Below are positions 1-10,256 of a DNA stretch of 64,000 bases, one piece after another. A model generated the notes under the pieces. The model was not told where the DNA came from. It did not search any database and saw only the letters and a program-made list of their open reading frames with translations. This stretch comes from Candidatus Multivoradales bacterium (GTDB taxonomy: Bacteria; Acidobacteriota; Thermoanaerobaculia; Multivoradales; JAHEKO01). The stretch covers positions 832,001 to 896,000 of the forward strand of contig CBDCVR010000013.1 in the NCBI GenBank assembly GCA_965223155.1, written 5' to 3'. The translations under genes were made by a program, and so were the position numbers. The number at the start of each line of letters is the position of its first letter. Within the stretch, counting starts at the first letter, position 1.

Positions 1-160
1 CTCCTCGCCGCCTTCGGCTCTCCGCTAAGATCCTGGCAGGATCGTCCTCCTCGTGCAACTCGGAGGAATCGGGAGTCTACCAAGACCGGACCCTCTCCGA
101 AGAGAATCGCGATCCGAAGAAAACGCAACTCGGAAAGGCCCGATCTCGTAAGGCGATACA

Positions 161-2125
161 GTGGCTACCTCGCACTCCAAGCACCCCTGGCTGCGCCGGA
201 TCCTGCTCCTTGCCGCCTTTCTGGTCGGCGCCATCGCCTTGGTCTCGGGCCTGGCCGGCTATCTGTTCGGCTCGTCTTCGATCATACTGGCGGCGGAGCT
301 CCTGTTCGCAGGCGCCTTGTTGCTGTTCCTGTTCTGGGGCTCCTGGTGGCTGATCCGCAAGTTCCTCTGGCGCGTCGGGCGCCGGCTGGCGTTCTCCTAC
401 TTCCTGATCGGAGTGCTGCCCATCCCTATGGTGGCGGCCTTGACTCTGCTGCTCGCCTATTTGATCTCCGGGTTCTTTCTGGGCCACGTCTACCGCGACA
501 CGATGGCGGCGCTCCAAGACGACCTCGCCGCCACCGCCGAAGCCTTGGTCGAGGGCCGCGAGCCCACCGAACGAGTTCCCGGCACCGAGCGCATGACCGC
601 TCTCTACCGGGATGGGCACCGCGTCTCCGGTGCGGCCAGTCTGCCGTCGCTTTGGCCGGAAGCGCTCGATGGCTCGAGCTACCTCGAAATCGGCGACGGC
701 GAAACCACGCTCATGGGATCGGCCCAACGCGGCCGGCACCAAGCCCTGGTGGTCTACTCGGGCGATCTGGCCGCCGAACTGAGACGCAGGGGCAAGATCT
801 GGGTCGATTTTTCCCGCTCGGACGACCCCGAGCGCAAGTCGCGCGTCCGCATCAACTGGAATGGGCGCGAGTACGCGCTGCAGCCGCTCCTGGCAAGCCG
901 CGGCTCGAAGGAGCGCGCCCGGTATTTCGCCGGCCAGGCCAAGACCAACCTCCTCGCCGATCAGCCCATCCTGTGGTGGAGCGACGTCTCGACCGCTTTG
1001 CCCCGGCTGGCGACCGGCGACACCACCGAAGAGTCGGTCACCGCGACCTTGAACGCCACCCCCCGCGCCGTCGCCCGCTACCTGCACTCCAGCTCGGCGG
1101 AGGTGGACACCGCCGCCTGGGCGGCCCTGATCTCGGCGGCCAGCCTCCTGACCGCCATCTATTCAATCGCGGTGGCGATGGCGCTGTTCATGATCTTCAC
1201 GGTGAGCCGAGCCGTGAATCGCCTCAGCCGGGCGACCGAAGCGGTCCAGGCCGGCGACTTCTCCACCCGGATTCCGGTACGCCGCACCGATCAGCTCGGC
1301 GAGCTGCAGCGCTCCTTCAATTCCATGGCCGGCAACCTGGAGGAGCTCGTCGCCACCTCGGCGCAAAAGGAGATCCTGGAAAAGGAGCTAGCCATCGCGC
1401 GCGACTTGCAGCAGAGCCTGCTGCCGTCCAACCTGCCGCGCTCGGAAGCGGTCGAGTTCTCGACCCTGTTCGAGCCCAGCGCCGCCATCGGCGGCGACTA
1501 CTTCGACATCCTCCGCGTGGACGACACCCGGATCGCGGTGGTGATCGCCGACGTCTCGGGCCACGGCCTGCCCACCGGCCTGCGCATGGCCATGATCAAG
1601 GCCGCCCTGGGGATTCTGGTGGAGGAGGAAAAGGAGCCCCGGGAGATCCTCAGCCGGCTCAGCCACATGGTGCGCTCGGAACGCGAGGACCGCTTTTTCG
1701 TTACCGCAACCGTTGCGGTAGTGGACTTCGCCGACGGCACCGTCGATCTCACCAACGCCGGGCATCCCCCCACGTATCGCGTCCGGGACGGCGAGGTCGA
1801 AGAGATCTTGCTGCCCGGCAATCCTCTGGGAGCGCTAGGCGAGGACTACGGCAACGACCTTCTCCGGCTCGAGCCCGGGGACCTTCTCGTCTGGCTGTCC
1901 GACGGCCTCATCGAGATCGTGGATCCGGACGGCGAGCCCTTCGGCTACGACGGCATCGTCGAGGCTCTCTCGGGCGTCGAGGCCAGCGCCGAGATCGCCC
2001 GCAACCGCATCGTCCAAGCGGTCGAACACCACGCCCAGGGACTTCCCGCCCAGGACGATCAGACACTCGTGGTGATGCGCTACAAAGCGGCGACGCTGTC
2101 CGGCGACAGCCCCAAGAACCCGTAG
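161..2125 (+). CDS. Membrane HAMP-domain PP2C (SpoIIE/RsbU-type) phosphatase
   Basis: TM helices, HAMP ([11 protein letters not shown]...[11 protein letters not shown]), PP2C motifs GGDYFD, ADVSGHG, NAGH, SDGL, DDQT. Confidence 0.9.
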   Translation: MATSHSKHPWLRRILLLAAFLVGAIALVSGLAGYLFGSSSIILAAELLFAGALLLFLFWGSWWLIRKFLWRVGRRLAFSYFLIGVLPIPMVAALTLLLAYLISGFFLGHVYRDTMAALQDDLAATAEALVEGREPTERVPGTERMTALYRDGHRVSGAASLPSLWPEALDGSSYLEIGDGETTLMGSAQRGRHQALVVYSGDLAAELRRRGKIWVDFSRSDDPERKSRVRINWNGREYALQPLLASRGSKERARYFAGQAKTNLLADQPILWWSDVSTALPRLATGDTTEESVTATLNATPRAVARYLHSSSAEVDTAAWAALISAASLLTAIYSIAVAMALFMIFTVSRAVNRLSRATEAVQAGDFSTRIPVRRTDQLGELQRSFNSMAGNLEELVATSAQKEILEKELAIARDLQQSLLPSNLPRSEAVEFSTLFEPSAAIGGDYFDILRVDDTRIAVVIADVSGHGLPTGLRMAMIKAALGILVEEEKEPREILSRLSHMVRSEREDRFFVTATVAVVDFADGTVDLTNAGHPPTYRVRDGEVEEILLPGNPLGALGEDYGNDLLRLEPGDLLVWLSDGLIEIVDPDGEPFGYDGIVEALSGVEASAEIARNRIVQAVEHHAQGLPAQDDQTLVVMRYKAATLSGDSPKNP

Positions 2126-2796
2126 ATCCGCCGGATGTAGGTGCGGGTCTCGCGAAATGGGGGCACGCCGCCGTAGCGCTTGACGTTGGCTTCGCCCGCG
2201 TTGTAGGCAGCCAGAATGCGCGGCAGATCGTCGCCGTAGCGATCGATCAGCCAGGCCAGATAGGTGGTCCCCGCTTCGATGTTGGCTTCGGGGTTGAAGA
2301 GATTGGCCGGCGAGACGCCGAAGCGGTGGGCGGTGGCCGGCATCAGCTGCATGAGGCCTCGCGCGCCCTTGATCGACACGGCGCGCTCGTCGAAGGCGGA
2401 CTCGGCGCGCACGATCGCCGCGACCAGGGCGGGATTCAGATCATGCCGCTCGGCCGCGGTGAAAATGAGCTCGCCGAAGGGCGTCTCGGGAACCGAGTCG
2501 TCCTGGGTAAAACCCAACGAGATAGACGTGGCCTGACCGGAGTCACCGGCGGGCGCGGCGGCCTCTGGCTCCGGCCACTCCACCTCGTCGTCCACGATGC
2601 GCTCGACCGAGCCCAGGCCCACCCGCATCGCGCCCCCGGAAGCGAAGCGCAAGACCACGGCCTCGCCTTCGACCCGGAAGCCCTCCACGCGCAGGAAATG
2701 TCCGCCCGAGAAGACCACCAGGTCGCCGGCGCTGGGCAACGCCGAGAAGACGAGAGCGGCCACGGCCACGAGCAACCTGGCGGGGGGCTTTCCCAT
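2080..2796 (-). CDS. Secreted lytic transglycosylase (SLT domain)
   Basis: Signal peptide [15 protein letters not shown]; [27 protein letters not shown]. Start moved to ATG 2796. Confidence 0.9.
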   Translation of the reverse strand: MGKPPARLLVAVAALVFSALPSAGDLVVFSGGHFLRVEGFRVEGEAVVLRFASGGAMRVGLGSVERIVDDEVEWPEPEAAAPAGDSGQATSISLGFTQDDSVPETPFGELIFTAAERHDLNPALVAAIVRAESAFDERAVSIKGARGLMQLMPATAHRFGVSPANLFNPEANIEAGTTYLAWLIDRYGDDLPRILAAYNAGEANVKRYGGVPPFRETRTYIRRIYGFLGLSPDSVAAL

Positions 2797-2918
2797 GCGG
2801 CCGATTCTACTGAACCGGCTTCCGCAAGCCCGTCGCGGCGACCCAGCGAATCCCAATAGCCGAAAAGCGTTCCTGTTCTCCCGGGCCTCCGGGTGGCTCC
2901 AGGGGGCCGGACGGGACG

Positions 2919-3851
2919 CTAGGAGCGCGGGTGAAACCGATCGTACAGGCTGCGCAGCCGTTGCTCGTGAATGTGGGTGTAGATCTGGGTGGTCGAGATA
3001 TCGGCGTGGCCTAGCATGGCCTGCACCGAGCGCAGGTCGGCGCCGTGCTCCAGCAAGTGTGTCGCGAAGCTGTGGCGCAGGACGTGCGGCGAGAGATCGG
3101 GTACCCCGATCCTGGCCCCGTAGCCGCGCAGGATCTTCCAGAAGCCTTGCCGGGTCATGCCTCGGCCTAGCCGGCTCACGAAGACCGTCCCGTGGCGGCC
3201 CCGAGCCAGCTCCGGGCGCACCTCGGCCAGGTACCGGCCGACCCACTCCTCGGCCGCCTCCCCCATCGGCACCATGCGCTCCCGGCTGCCCTTGCCCAGC
3301 ACCACCACGAAGCCCAGATCCAGCCGCACCTGAGAGACTTCCAGTCCGACCAGCTCGCTCACGCGCAAGCCACAGGCGTACACGAGCTCTAGCATGGCCC
3401 GGTCGCGCAGGCCGAGCAGAGTCTCGACGTCCGGCGCGGCCAGCAAGCGCTCGACGTCGCCCTCGCGCAGCACCCTGGGCAGGCGGCGCCAAAGCTTCGG
3501 TAGCTCCAGATTGACCGCGGGATCATCCGTTCGGTCTCCGATCTCGACCAGGTGCGCGTAGAAGCCGCGAACGGCCACCAGAGCCCGGCGTACGCTCGCC
3601 GGAGCGAGGCCGCGCCCCCGTAGCCCCCGCAGATGAGCGGTCAGCTCCTCGGTCCGAGCCGTCAGTAAGTCGCCGCCGGCCTCGTCCAGGGTGTCCGCAA
3701 GTTGGCCCAGATCCCGCCGGTAGGCGAGCACGGTGTTGCGGGCCAGGCCGCGCTCCAGAGCCAGGGCTTCCAGGAACCGCTCCAAGGCCCGCCTGCCGGG
3801 CGTGTCTCGCGGCCGCGAACTCGCCTCGCCGGCGTTCCGCCGCCCGGTCAA
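2919..3851 (-). CDS. xerD: Tyrosine recombinase XerD
   Basis: [40 protein letters not shown]. Confidence 0.9.
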   Translation of the reverse strand: MTGRRNAGEASSRPRDTPGRRALERFLEALALERGLARNTVLAYRRDLGQLADTLDEAGGDLLTARTEELTAHLRGLRGRGLAPASVRRALVAVRGFYAHLVEIGDRTDDPAVNLELPKLWRRLPRVLREGDVERLLAAPDVETLLGLRDRAMLELVYACGLRVSELVGLEVSQVRLDLGFVVVLGKGSRERMVPMGEAAEEWVGRYLAEVRPELARGRHGTVFVSRLGRGMTRQGFWKILRGYGARIGVPDLSPHVLRHSFATHLLEHGADLRSVQAMLGHADISTTQIYTHIHEQRLRSLYDRFHPRS

Positions 3852-5098
3852 GACCGCGGCCGGGCGCCGTGGCGCGCGCAGATCGCGGTGATGTCGGCTT
3901 CCGCCAGCACGGTCTCCGAATCCTTGGCGCTGCCGAAGATCTCGGTCACCAGGGCTTCGGACGCCTCATAGCCGCGGCGTTCCAGCCAGTAGACGACATT
4001 CGACTGGCCGCTCATCGGTCCGATCTCGATCTCCTGGTAGCGGCCGATCCAGGCCGCGGGCACTCCGGAGTAAATCCGGTCGGCCAGCCAGTCGTCTCCT
4101 TTGGCGTGGGCCTTGATAATCGCCGCCGCGTGGACGCCGGTGCCGGTGCGAAAGGCGTCCCGGCCCAGCACCGGATAGTTGTCGGTCAAGGGCACGCCGG
4201 TCGCCCGCGCCACCAGCTCGCAATAGGCGGGAAGCTCGGTCAGATCAGAGTCGATCCAGCCCAGAAGCTTGAGGTTCACCAGGAGAAGGTCCATGGGCGT
4301 ATTGCCCACGCGCTCGCCAATGCCCAGAGCCGTTGCGTGCAGACGGTCCGCACCGGCGCGAGCCGCGGCAATCGAATTCTCGATAGCCAGGCCCCGGTCC
4401 CGGTGCCCGTGCCAGTCGACGGCGACGCCTTCGGCCACCTCGTCCACCGCCCGGCGCACGAAGGCCACCACCCGGGCGGCTCCGCGGGGCGTCGCGTGCC
4501 CGACCGTGTCGGCGACGCACACCCGCCGGGCTCCCGCCCGGACGGCGGTTTGGTACAGCTTCTCGAGGTCCGTCGGGGCCGCTCGGGTGGTGTCCTCGGT
4601 CACGAACATGCAGGGCAGATCGTGGCTCACGGCCAGGCCCACGGCCTCTTCGGTCAACTCCAGGAGCCGGTCCAGAGTCCAGTTCTCGGCGAACTGGCGG
4701 ATCGGGCTGGAGCCCAGAAAGCAGGCGACCTCGATCGGCGTTCCAGCCGCCTGCGAGCATTCCACGATAGGCAGGATGTCCTGGCGCAGCGTGCGGGCGG
4801 CGCAGTTGGGCGCCAGGGCCAGGTCATGCTCGACGATCTCTCGCGCCAGGCGAGTCACCGAGCGGACGACGTGGGGCCCGGCTCCCGGCAAGCCGATGTT
4901 GGCCGAGTGGATGCCCAGCTCGGCCATCTTGTGCAGAATCTCGACCTTTTGCTCCAGGCTGGGATCCAGCACCGAAGGCGACTGCAACCCGTCCCGGAGG
5001 GTCTCGTCGTTGAGCTCGACGGCGCCGCCGAGCGGCGGCTCCTCGCCGCCGCCGGCCTCGTTCCAGTCGTGAATCAGGGCCTCGTCCGGTCCGGACAT
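3848..5098 (-). CDS. leuA: 2-isopropylmalate synthase family protein (short, no regulatory domain)
   Basis: DETLRDGLQ, HGHRDRG, GIGERVGN; adjacent to leuB-like gene. Confidence 0.7.
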   Translation of the reverse strand: MSGPDEALIHDWNEAGGGEEPPLGGAVELNDETLRDGLQSPSVLDPSLEQKVEILHKMAELGIHSANIGLPGAGPHVVRSVTRLAREIVEHDLALAPNCAARTLRQDILPIVECSQAAGTPIEVACFLGSSPIRQFAENWTLDRLLELTEEAVGLAVSHDLPCMFVTEDTTRAAPTDLEKLYQTAVRAGARRVCVADTVGHATPRGAARVVAFVRRAVDEVAEGVAVDWHGHRDRGLAIENSIAAARAGADRLHATALGIGERVGNTPMDLLLVNLKLLGWIDSDLTELPAYCELVARATGVPLTDNYPVLGRDAFRTGTGVHAAAIIKAHAKGDDWLADRIYSGVPAAWIGRYQEIEIGPMSGQSNVVYWLERRGYEASEALVTEIFGSAKDSETVLAEADITAICARHGARPRS

Positions 5099-5143
5099 CG
5101 AACCGATCTTACAGGGAAGCGGCGGCGGACCCGGGAGCCGGGC

Positions 5144-6235
5144 TCAGGAAGCCGGAGCGGTCTCGGCCGCGGCCAGCGCCGCCGCCAGGGCGTCTCCGAC
5201 CTCGGAGGTGGTCGCCTTGCCGCCTAGATCCGGAGTGGTGAGGCCCGCACGGATGGTCTCGGCTACTGCCTCTTCCACCGCCGCCGCCGCCTCGGCGTGC
5301 CCCAGCTCGGCCAGCATCAGGCTCACCGACAGAACCGCGGCAACCGGATTGGCGCGGCCCGTGCCCACGTACTTGGGGGCCGAACCGTGCACGGGCTCGA
5401 ACATCGAGGTCCTGCCGGGATGCAGATTGGCCGACGCCGCGATCCCCAGCCCGCCCTCGAGCGCGGCGCCCAGGTCGGTAACGATGTCCCCGAACATGTT
5501 GGTGGTCACAATGACGTCGAAGGACTCGGGCCTGCGCACCAGTTGCATGGTGAGCGCGTCCACGAACAGGTGCCGCGGCTCGATCTCGGGATAGCGTTCC
5601 GCGACCTCGTAGAAGGTCCGTTGCCAGAGATCGTGACCGTAGCGCATGACGTTCGACTTGTCCGACATGCACACGCTCTTGCGGCCGTGCCGGCGAGCGT
5701 ACTCGAAGGCCGCCACCACCACCCGCTCGACCCCCTTGCGCGAGTACACGCACTCCTGAAGCGCGATCTCGTCGGCGGTGCCCTGCTTGAAGTTGCCGCC
5801 GACGCCGACATAGGCGCCTTCGGTGTTCTCCCGGAACACCACGAAGTTGATGTCGTTCTTGGTCTTGCCCTTGAGCGGGCAGAGCCGGTCGTCGAGCAGC
5901 TTGATCGGGCGGAAGTTGATGTAGAGATCCAGCCCGAAGCGGATCCCTAGCAGGATGTCCGCCGCGTGCTTCATGTCGGGCACCCTGGGGTCGCCGTAGG
6001 CGCCGATGAGGATGGCCTCGAAGTTGTCCCGGAAGTCCTCGAGCGCGCCGTCGGGCATGGTCTCGCCGGTCTCGAGGTAACGATCCGCGTTCCAAGGCAG
6101 CTCGACGACATCGAAGTCGAGATCCCAGCGCCCGGCCACCGCGTCCAAAACCTTGAGAGCCTCGCGGGTGACGTCGACGCCGATGCCGTCGCCGGCCAGG
6201 ACAGCGATTCGTTGGAACTGCTTCGAGCCGGTCAT
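5144..6235 (-). CDS. leuB: 3-isopropylmalate dehydrogenase family protein
   Basis: GDGIG, RENTEG, DKSNV, NMFGDI, FEPVHGSAP. Confidence 0.8.
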   Translation of the reverse strand: MTGSKQFQRIAVLAGDGIGVDVTREALKVLDAVAGRWDLDFDVVELPWNADRYLETGETMPDGALEDFRDNFEAILIGAYGDPRVPDMKHAADILLGIRFGLDLYINFRPIKLLDDRLCPLKGKTKNDINFVVFRENTEGAYVGVGGNFKQGTADEIALQECVYSRKGVERVVVAAFEYARRHGRKSVCMSDKSNVMRYGHDLWQRTFYEVAERYPEIEPRHLFVDALTMQLVRRPESFDVIVTTNMFGDIVTDLGAALEGGLGIAASANLHPGRTSMFEPVHGSAPKYVGTGRANPVAAVLSVSLMLAELGHAEAAAAVEEAVAETIRAGLTTPDLGGKATTSEVGDALAAALAAAETAPAS

Positions 6236-6240
6236 TCCGC

Positions 6241-7413
6241 TCAGCCTCCTCCGACCAGCCGGCACAAGTGCCCTGTCAGGATCGCCAGGTAGTTGCCCAG
6301 CGCATACCCGATGAGCGCCATCAGGATCGAGGCGGGCACCAGGCTCTCGCGATGGTAGGCGGCGACCACGGGCGCGGACGCGGCGCCACCGACGTTGGCC
6401 GCCGAGGCGATCGCCGCGCTATGAACGTCAACCTTGAACAACCAGGCGCCGGCGAGACAGAAGAGGCCGTGAATGGCTATCCAGATGGCGGCTCCAGCCA
6501 GAAAGGCCGGCGCCTCCCGAAAGCCGGCCAGCGACGCGGTCGCGCCCATGCGCGCCACGAAGACGTAGAGGATGGCCATGGCCAGCTCGTGGGAGCCGGG
6601 AATGGACTTGGCGGCCGTAAACGACAGAGCGATACCCAGCGTCGTGACCAGCAAGACCACCCAGGTCGAGGTCGAGATCACGGTCTCGCCGCCGAGCTGC
6701 ACCTCCGGCAGCCGCGGCGCCAGCCAGCCGGAGAACCAGGTCGCCGCCATGGCGATGACGCCCAGATTCAGGTAGTCCTTGAAGTTCGCGGGCCGGGCCT
6801 CGCGCACCTCGGCTTGAGCGGCGGCCTCCATGCGCGCAATCCGGTCTTCGGCGACGCCGGTCCAGCGGTTGAATCGGTCGGCGAAGTTCTTGGACAGCAG
6901 CAGCAGTGGCAGCCAACCGACGTAGATGACGGTGTCGGCCAGGACCGCCAGACCGAACTGATCGCTGGGCGTCTCGAGGGCCGCCGCCGCCGCGGCCATG
7001 TTGCCGGTCCCCCCGATCCAACTCCCGGCCAGTGTCCCGAAACCCTTCCAGGTCTCCGGACCCAGCCAGGCCTTGACCGCAAGAAACCCGACCGGAGCGC
7101 CGACCACGATTCCGACCGTGCCCAGGAGCATGACGAAGATGCCCCGGCCCATGATCCGGACCGCCGCCCCGACGTCGACCGAAAGGAGCAACAGCACGAT
7201 GACCACCGGCAGGCCGTAGGTGCGCAGCACGTCGTAGGCCGGCGAAGAATTCGGCAGCACGCCCACGTTGCGCAGGACCACCGGGATCGCGTAGATCCAG
7301 ATTAGCGGCACCACGTACTGGAAAAGCCGCCACCCGGTCGTCTTCTCGAGCCAAAAGAAAAACGCCGCGATCCCTATCAGCGCGGCCATGACGGCTCCAG
7401 GCGACTCGATCAT
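6241..7413 (-). CDS. DUF819-family multi-pass membrane protein
   Basis: About 10 TM segments; GSWIGGTGN and ASAANVGGAASA motifs. Confidence 0.8.
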   Translation of the reverse strand: MIESPGAVMAALIGIAAFFFWLEKTTGWRLFQYVVPLIWIYAIPVVLRNVGVLPNSSPAYDVLRTYGLPVVIVLLLLSVDVGAAVRIMGRGIFVMLLGTVGIVVGAPVGFLAVKAWLGPETWKGFGTLAGSWIGGTGNMAAAAAALETPSDQFGLAVLADTVIYVGWLPLLLLSKNFADRFNRWTGVAEDRIARMEAAAQAEVREARPANFKDYLNLGVIAMAATWFSGWLAPRLPEVQLGGETVISTSTWVVLLVTTLGIALSFTAAKSIPGSHELAMAILYVFVARMGATASLAGFREAPAFLAGAAIWIAIHGLFCLAGAWLFKVDVHSAAIASAANVGGAASAPVVAAYHRESLVPASILMALIGYALGNYLAILTGHLCRLVGGG

Positions 7414-7478
7414 GCGGGCGGAAACATATCAGAGCGGCCCTTCGGCGCGCCCACCCTCACGTCGATCGCCGGCTCGCC

Positions 7479-8234
7479 TCAGCCGACCGCCGGGATCCCG
7501 GGGCCCACTGCCGGCTCGGTCTCGGCCAAGTACTCGAAGGACGCCTCCAGCCGACTCTCCAGCCAGGCCGAGTGCACATGGAGCCCAGCCGCCGCCTCGG
7601 GCTCGCCGCCGGCCGCCTCTAGGGCCGCCGGGACCAAGCTGGTGCCAGCCAAGTCCACCGCTAGCGGCAGAGGCGCCGGGGCATCCGCGGCGATCTCGGT
7701 CCGCCGAAGCCTGCCCCGCGTCCAGCTCACGTCGGCCCGCGCCCGGAAGTAGCGCACCGTCCGCTCCCAACCACCCCCGAGAGGCTCGGATGGAACCTCG
7801 GGAGGCGCGGGCCGGGCCCGGACGTCGAGCGTTGCGCCCGCCGCGACCGACCAGCTCCAGGAGTCGCCGCGCGTGCCGGGAGCGCCGAGCTCCGGATAGG
7901 CGAACCGCGCCGCCCGGGCCAACTTCCCGGCCACCAGGCGCGCGCTGGGAAGCACCCAGTGCGGCAGGTAAACGGCGAAGACCCAGGCCAGGGGCGTGCC
8001 GTCGGCGGCCGTACAGCAAGCTTGCAGCTTGCACTCAGGAACGTTCATCCGTGTCAGCGCCGCCGGCGGCAAGGGGCTTTCTTGGCGGAAGAGCAGGGCG
8101 GATACGAAGACCCGAGGATCTCCGGTGCCGGCCGGCCGGTCGTAGCGCAGGCCGGGAGGCGGATCGGGCAGAACCTCCGCCGCCAGCGCCCAGTTGATCC
8201 TCAGGCAGTCATGAATCGCGGTCCGGAACACCAA
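7479..8234 (-). CDS. Hypothetical protein (weakly DUF2071-like)
   Basis: Fills the gap in a minus-strand gene run; plausible composition. Confidence 0.55.
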   Translation of the reverse strand: MVFRTAIHDCLRINWALAAEVLPDPPPGLRYDRPAGTGDPRVFVSALLFRQESPLPPAALTRMNVPECKLQACCTAADGTPLAWVFAVYLPHWVLPSARLVAGKLARAARFAYPELGAPGTRGDSWSWSVAAGATLDVRARPAPPEVPSEPLGGGWERTVRYFRARADVSWTRGRLRRTEIAADAPAPLPLAVDLAGTSLVPAALEAAGGEPEAAAGLHVHSAWLESRLEASFEYLAETEPAVGPGIPAVG

Positions 8235-8362
8235 CGCCGGCGGTCTCCACTCCTAGCAGCTCGTCGTACACGTCGAAGGGTCGCATCGTTTGCGCTACGG
8301 CACTGGATCTCGGACGCCGCACGCCCGGTCCAACCCCGCCTCCGCGCGGGCGGCCCGCTTCC

Positions 8363-8665
8363 TTATTCGGACTCGTCTCCGCCATCCGCCTCGACAGGCA
8401 GGTCCTTATGGGCCCCGTCGCAGTAAGGCGGCCCGGCCGTGTGCTTGCACTGGCACAGGGCGACGCGCTTGGGCTCGTCCAGATCGAACCGCATGGGTCG
8501 AAACGAGGTCCCCTTGTGGGAGCCGTCGCAAAACGGCTGCCTGGTCGAGCGGCCGCACACGCACCAGAAGTGCCTTCCCGCGTCGAGCTCCAGAACCGCC
8601 GGCATGCGCGCCGCGATCTCCGGCGTTTCGTCTCCGGCTTCGTCCTTGATCTCTAGGTCAGCCAT
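8363..8665 (-). CDS. CDGSH iron-sulfur domain protein (two CDGSH motifs)
   Basis: WCVCGRS..PFCDGSH and CQCKHT..PYCDGAH; AAGGAGG RBS before ATG 8665. Confidence 0.9.
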   Translation of the reverse strand: MADLEIKDEAGDETPEIAARMPAVLELDAGRHFWCVCGRSTRQPFCDGSHKGTSFRPMRFDLDEPKRVALCQCKHTAGPPYCDGAHKDLPVEADGGDESE

Positions 8666-8679
8666 CGGCACCTCCTTGG

Positions 8680-9762
8680 TCAGACCGAAAGGATATCGCG
8701 GCTGTCCAGGCCGACCTCGGCGAAGCCGGCCAGCAACCGCTCGCGCAAGGCCGCCCGCTCGTCGTCGGCCGCAAAGGCATCGGCGGCCGCGTCCAGGGTC
8801 AAGGCCGCGAGGCCGGCGCCGCCGAGGCCGGCGAGGGTGCCGGAAGCCAGCAGCTCTCCGGCCAGGTCGCATCCGAAAAACTCCGGATCGTCTGTCGCCA
8901 CGGACCAGCGCGCACCCGCTCGGGCGAGCGAGCGCAGCGGATGGCTCGTCATCTCGTCTACGAGCCCAAGCTTGAGATTCGAAGTCGGACAGAGCTCGAG
9001 CGGCAGCTGGGCCTCGACCAGCTCGGCCACGAGATCGCCGTCCTCGACGCTACGAAAGCCGTGGCCGATTCGCCTCGGTGAACAGACCTCGAGCGCTTCC
9101 CGGACCGACGCCGCTCCCTCCTGCTCCCCCGCGTGAACCACGGTTCCCAATCCCTCGGCGGCGGCCACCCGGAAGTGCTCGCGAAACGGAGACGCCGGGT
9201 AGCTCTCCTTGCCGGCCAGGCCCAGACCGACGACATAGCGGCCGCGATGCTCGAGCGCCCATTCCAAGGTCCGGTCGGCCCAGGAGTAGTCGACGTTGCG
9301 GACAATGTCGGGAATCCAGCGGACTGAGATCCCCAGGTCGCGCTCGCCGCCGGCCACGGTCTCGGCCAGGGCGTCGGCGACCTCGTCCACGTTGGCCCCG
9401 TTGGCGGCGTGGGTGGACACCGTCAGGTACACCTCCGAGTAGACGATGTTCTGCGTGGCGCGCTCTGCCAGGAAGTCCCGAACCGCCATCTGAAAGTCCT
9501 CGGGATCCCGCAGGCACCGGGACACCGCGAGATATACCTCGACGAAGCGCTCGAAGCCGTCCACTTCGAACCATCGCCGGATCCCGGCTTCCGTGTCGGC
9601 GGGTAGGACGACTCCGCGCCGCCGGGCCAGGCGCAGCAGCGTGGCCGGCGCGATGGCGCCTTCGAGATGAACGTGCAGCTCGACCTTGGGCATCTTCCGG
9701 ACCTGCTCTTCGAGCGCGGGGTCCGGAACCGCAGGCTCCGCTCCGGCTGCTGTCCGGGTCAC
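8680..9762 (-). CDS. add: Adenosine/adenine deaminase
   Basis: ELHVHLEG, HAGE, RIGHG, TDDP. Confidence 0.85.
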   Translation of the reverse strand: MTRTAAGAEPAVPDPALEEQVRKMPKVELHVHLEGAIAPATLLRLARRRGVVLPADTEAGIRRWFEVDGFERFVEVYLAVSRCLRDPEDFQMAVRDFLAERATQNIVYSEVYLTVSTHAANGANVDEVADALAETVAGGERDLGISVRWIPDIVRNVDYSWADRTLEWALEHRGRYVVGLGLAGKESYPASPFREHFRVAAAEGLGTVVHAGEQEGAASVREALEVCSPRRIGHGFRSVEDGDLVAELVEAQLPLELCPTSNLKLGLVDEMTSHPLRSLARAGARWSVATDDPEFFGCDLAGELLASGTLAGLGGAGLAALTLDAAADAFAADDERAALRERLLAGFAEVGLDSRDILSV

Positions 9763-10256
9763 TCGCTGCGCTTGGCGGCCATGGCGGCCAGAGCCGCGGC
9801 GGGAACGAGACCTTGGAGCTGGCCGCCAAGGAAGAAGACTTCCTTGACCAGACGGCTGGACAGATAGATGTACTCGTCCTTGGGCATCAGGAACACGGTC
9901 TCGACGGCGTCATTCAGGCGCCGGTTCATCAGCGCCATCTGGAACTCGTACTCGAAATCCGAGACCGCGCGCAGGCCACGCACGATGACGCGCGCTCCGA
10001 TGTCGTCCATGAAGTCCACCAGCAGGCCCTGGAAGCTCTCCACCCGGCAATGCGGATGGCGGGCGACCTGCTCGCGGATGAGCTCGACGCGCTCGTCGAC
10101 CGAGAACAACGCTTCCTTGGTCTCGTTGTGGAGCACCGCCACGATCACTTCGTCGAAGAGGGGACAGCAGCGCTCGACGATGTCCAGATGGCCGTTGTGG
10201 ATCGGGTCAAACGACCCGGGATACACCGCGATGCGAGACGAATTCGGCGAGCTCAT
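9759..10256 (-). CDS. coaD: Pantetheine-phosphate adenylyltransferase
   Basis: YPGSFDPIHNGH, RGLRAVSDFEYE, SSRLVKE. Confidence 0.95.
   Translation of the reverse strand: MSSPNSSRIAVYPGSFDPIHNGHLDIVERCCPLFDEVIVAVLHNETKEALFSVDERVELIREQVARHPHCRVESFQGLLVDFMDDIGARVIVRGLRAVSDFEYEFQMALMNRRLNDAVETVFLMPKDEYIYLSSRLVKEVFFLGGQLQGLVPAAALAAMAAKRSE

Noticed and set aside
55-135. GCAACTCGGA repeated about 70 bp apart
   Set aside because: Only two short copies at the window edge; may be chance.
2080-2125. 46-bp convergent overlap of the phosphatase and SLT genes
   Set aside because: Short tail overlaps are common in GC-rich genomes; no evidence of function.
346-2859. Long alternative-frame ORFs (for example 346-2859, 12336-14252, 23130-25292, 60886-62805)
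   Set aside because: Shadow ORFs of GC-rich genes with no motifs, overlapping well-supported genes.
2919-3851. Tyrosine recombinase as a phage or island integrase
   Set aside because: The sequence is typical chromosomal XerD among housekeeping genes; no att sites or cargo are visible.
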